Shown here in pieces: positions 46,101 to 48,153 of a DNA stretch of 48,153 nt. Under the pieces are notes generated by a model. It was given only the letters and a program-made list of their open reading frames with translations. It ran no database searches and had not been told where the DNA came from. Source of the stretch: Macrostomum lignano (lineage: Eukaryota); assembly GCA_002269645.1 (NCBI GenBank), contig NIVC01003137.1, positions 1-48,153 on the forward strand, written 5' to 3'. A program made the position numbers and the translations under genes. Numbering within the stretch: the stretch's first letter is position 1; each line of letters begins with the position of its first letter.

Positions 46101-47648
46101 CATTTTACACATCAGATACTCGGCTTTTCGTTTCTTAGAAAATCTTTTACATGTGACTTCAGCGCCAGGGTTTACATTTTACACATCAGATACTCGGCTT
46201 TTCGTTTCTTAGAAAATCTTTTACAGGTGACTTCAGCGCCAGGGTTTACATTTTACACATCAGATACTCGGCTTTTCGTTTCTTAGAAAATCTTTTACAG
46301 GTGACTTCAGCGCCAGGGTTTACATTTTACACATCAGATACTCGGCTTTTCGTTTCTTAGAAAATCTTTTACAGGTGACTTCAGCGCCAGGGTTTACATT
46401 TTACACATCAGATACTCGGCTTTTCGTTTCTTAGAAAATCTTTTACAGGTGACTTCAGCGCCAAGGTTTACATTTTACACATCAGATACTCGGCTTTTCG
46501 TTTCTTAGAAAATATTTTACATGTGACTTCAGCGCCAAGGTTTACATTTTAAACATCAGATACTCGGCTTTTCGTTTCTTAGAAAATCTTTTACAGGTGA
46601 CTTCAGCGCCAGGGTTTACATTTTACACATCAGATACTCGGCTTTTCGTTTCTTAGAAAATCTTTTACAGGTGACTTCAGCGCCAGGGTTTACATTTTAA
46701 ACATCAGATACTCGGCTTTTCGTTTCTTAGAAAATCTTTTACAGGTGACTTCAGCGCCAAGGTTTACATTTTACACATCAGATACTCGGCTTTTCGTTTC
46801 TTAGAAAATATTTTACATGTGACTTCAGCGCCAAGGTTTACATTTTAAACATCAGATACTCGGCTTTTCGTTTCTTAGAAAATCTTTTACAGGAGACTTC
46901 AGCGCCAGGGTTTACATTTTACACATCAGATACTCGGCTTTTCGTTTCTTAGAAAATCTTTTACAGGTGACTTCAGCGCCAAGGTTTACATTTTACACAT
47001 CAGATACTCGGCTTTTCGTTTCTTAGAAAATCTTTTACAGGTGACTTCAGCGCCAAGGTTACTTCCAGCGCTGAGGCAATTCTCCATTCCGCTGGCTCCT
47101 GAGCACATACAAACGCGACAATATTGTAAGCAGGCACGCACTCATGCTGTACGACACGCTCACGCTCAATCAGGGTGTACAGTGGCCCCGACTTTCTTAT
47201 AGCCGGCGTGTACACTCTCTGTGCGACAACTTCCTCATGGGTTTACCGCTGAGCTGCTGTGCCCCAATCAAACAGGACAATGGACAAACAGGATAATTCA
47301 AATAGAGTTTAAGAATGACAGCTTACATTCTCTTTAATGTAGCTCCTGTCAGCCTCCGGAATGGTGAGCCACTGTTGGCCCAGCTGCATCCTGACTGAGC
47401 TATTCTTGGAGTACAGCTGGTTCTTGAGCTGCAGGCCGGCCTGCATCCTGACGAAGGTGGTGTTGTTAACATCGCGCAGGATCTCGGACAGCTGGCGTAG
47501 GAACTGCACCTAGAACAGGGAGGCCACCGGGTTTTATCCAGCTGCTAATGGCAGGATAATTAGCACGGCTGCACACACCAATAACTCACCAGATTCTGGT
47601 TGGCTGCATCTTGCAGAAAGTTGAGCGCAGTCTCGCGCTGGGCCTTGT
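34132..47648 (-). CDS. KPNB1: Importin subunit beta-1, 5-prime partial. Exons 47648-47590, 47509-47327, 45825-45631, 43867-43565, 42713-42352, 40023-39708, 39368-39132, 38003-37659, 35169-34694, 34297-34132
   Basis: Continuous in-phase chain (2642 nt) with importin-beta motifs: [120 protein letters not shown]. First exon is beyond the window. Confidence 0.96.
34375..34615. repeat. 21-bp minisatellite (ctgacaatctgagcttatcta), about 11 copies, last KPNB1 intron
   Basis: Direct tandem repeat. Confidence 0.92.
35185..35465 (-). mobile_element. SINE-like family X, copy 3, uninterrupted, with a tRNA-like head
   Basis: Minus strand A-box-like TAGCCTAGTTG (35457-35447) and B-box-like GGCTCGATTCC (35413-35403); body homologous to the flanks of the YR element. 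Confidence 0.7.
35545..37605. repeat. 28-bp (31-bp variant) minisatellite (gggaggctggcccagcaactgaggatct), about 72 copies
   Basis: Direct tandem repeat in a KPNB1 intron. Confidence 0.96.
38863..39106. mobile_element. 244-bp MITE with CAG termini (hAT-like ends)
   Basis: CAGGGGCGGATTTAG vs reverse complement of CTAGATCCGCCACTG (13/15); internal gcgcccctaagctt subrepeats; no TSD seen. Confidence 0.6.
39376..39680. repeat. 30-bp minisatellite (gtgagattcaggtggcgtttgtggcaaaca), about 10 copies, filling almost the whole intron
   Basis: Direct tandem repeat. Confidence 0.95.
40070..42290. repeat. 40-bp minisatellite (cacatggattatccccatgccccaccaacaatccccaacc), about 55 copies
   Basis: Direct tandem repeat filling the intron. 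Confidence 0.97.
42745..43220. repeat. 25-bp minisatellite (actggaccctggatattcaattgaa/gg), about 18 copies
   Basis: Period measured 42791, 42816, 42841. Confidence 0.95.
43960..44405. repeat. ~23-24-bp minisatellite (ggggaggatcgggggattcccat), about 18 copies
   Basis: Direct tandem repeat. Confidence 0.93.
46023..47060. repeat. 74-bp tandem repeat, about 14 near-identical copies
   Basis: Period measured 46097, 46171, 46245. Confidence 0.97.
47068..47225 (-). mobile_element. SINE-like family X, copy 4
   Basis: ccagcgctgaggcaattctccattccgctggctcctgagca...caggcacgcactca...gtgtacagtggcccc.actttc...tgtacactctctgtgc aligns with copies 1 and 3. Confidence 0.6.
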
Positions 47649-48153
47649 CTACAACAGTGGTTGAATGAGAACTTAGGAATTGCATACAAATTAAATGTAA
47701 TTAGCCCATTGACCTTTTAATACAATTGAGAACCATACAAGCAATTATTAGCAAATACTACTTACTACTTACCATGCCTGTATTATTGTTTTAATGTGTC
47801 TTGTTTTGCACACAAAAATGTAGGACCTAAAGTTCTGGCATATAGATGGTACACACAGAGGCCAGAGCAATAGCAAAGAATTACTTTGACTACTCCTAAC
47901 CATGGTATTAATAGACTAAAACTGAAGATTATCTACTTTCCTCTAATTATCTTACAAACCAATAGTAGGAACCTTAGCGATATTTGAAAGCCTATAAATG
48001 TTAAAAATTCATTTTAAATATATATATTTTTATTTTATACTCATGGATATTATAAGCAAAGACATAATAAGCCAAAAGTTATATATATTTAAAAAGAGAA
48101 TTTTTAAGTTTTCTAATTTTTCAAATTTAGTCCTCTCATTAATGCTTCATAAA

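Noticed and set aside
2353-47060. Long ORFs made of repeated peptides ([54 protein letters not shown] and others)
   Set aside because: They are translations of minisatellite arrays, mostly inside introns, open in several frames, with no splice support.
157-47060. Possible CRISPR-like arrays
   Set aside because: All arrays are head-to-tail repeats with no unique spacers, no cas genes, and a eukaryotic context.
47761-47812. ATG|GTAAGT at ~47773 as KPNB1 exon 1
   Set aside because: Wrong phase for exon 2 (needs phase 1), an in-frame stop upstream, and no MxLxxILE-like sequence; the true exon 1 is probably beyond the window.

Overview
Eukaryotic (metazoan) genomic DNA with GC-rich exons and introns filled by minisatellites. 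The style suggests a Macrostomum-like flatworm, but that is inference only. Genes rebuilt from splice sites and remembered family motifs: PCM1-like centriolar-satellite gene (-, 9 coding exons, 519-9534); an uncharacterised 4-exon gene (+, 16028-18103); a DEG/ENaC channel (+, 6 exons, 22534-26726, one apparent frameshift); a probable small secreted-protein pseudogene (-, ~29236-29790); an intronless tandem PC4/Sub1-domain ORF (+, 31629-32342); and importin beta-1 (-, 10 exons, 34132-47648, first exon outside the window, one GC-AG intron). The best discovery candidate is a 1,980-bp tyrosine-recombinase element (11668-13647). It has two pairs of apparently identical split direct repeats (76 and 173 bp) and a single 452-aa ORF fusing a SAP domain to a catalytically complete DIRS/Ngaro-type YR, with no RT or RNase H. 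It integrated through a 3-bp TTA core into a SINE-like repeat whose uninterrupted relative lies in the same window (35185-35465). Also present: several MITEs, a second tRNA-derived SINE, a four-hairpin cluster upstream of the PC4 ORF, a candidate cryptic exon or alternative first exon in importin beta, and more than 20 minisatellite arrays, several carrying splice-signal motifs on the sense strand. Most ORFs in the supplied track are repeat-derived or shadow-frame artefacts. All alignments were done by eye; no searches were run.
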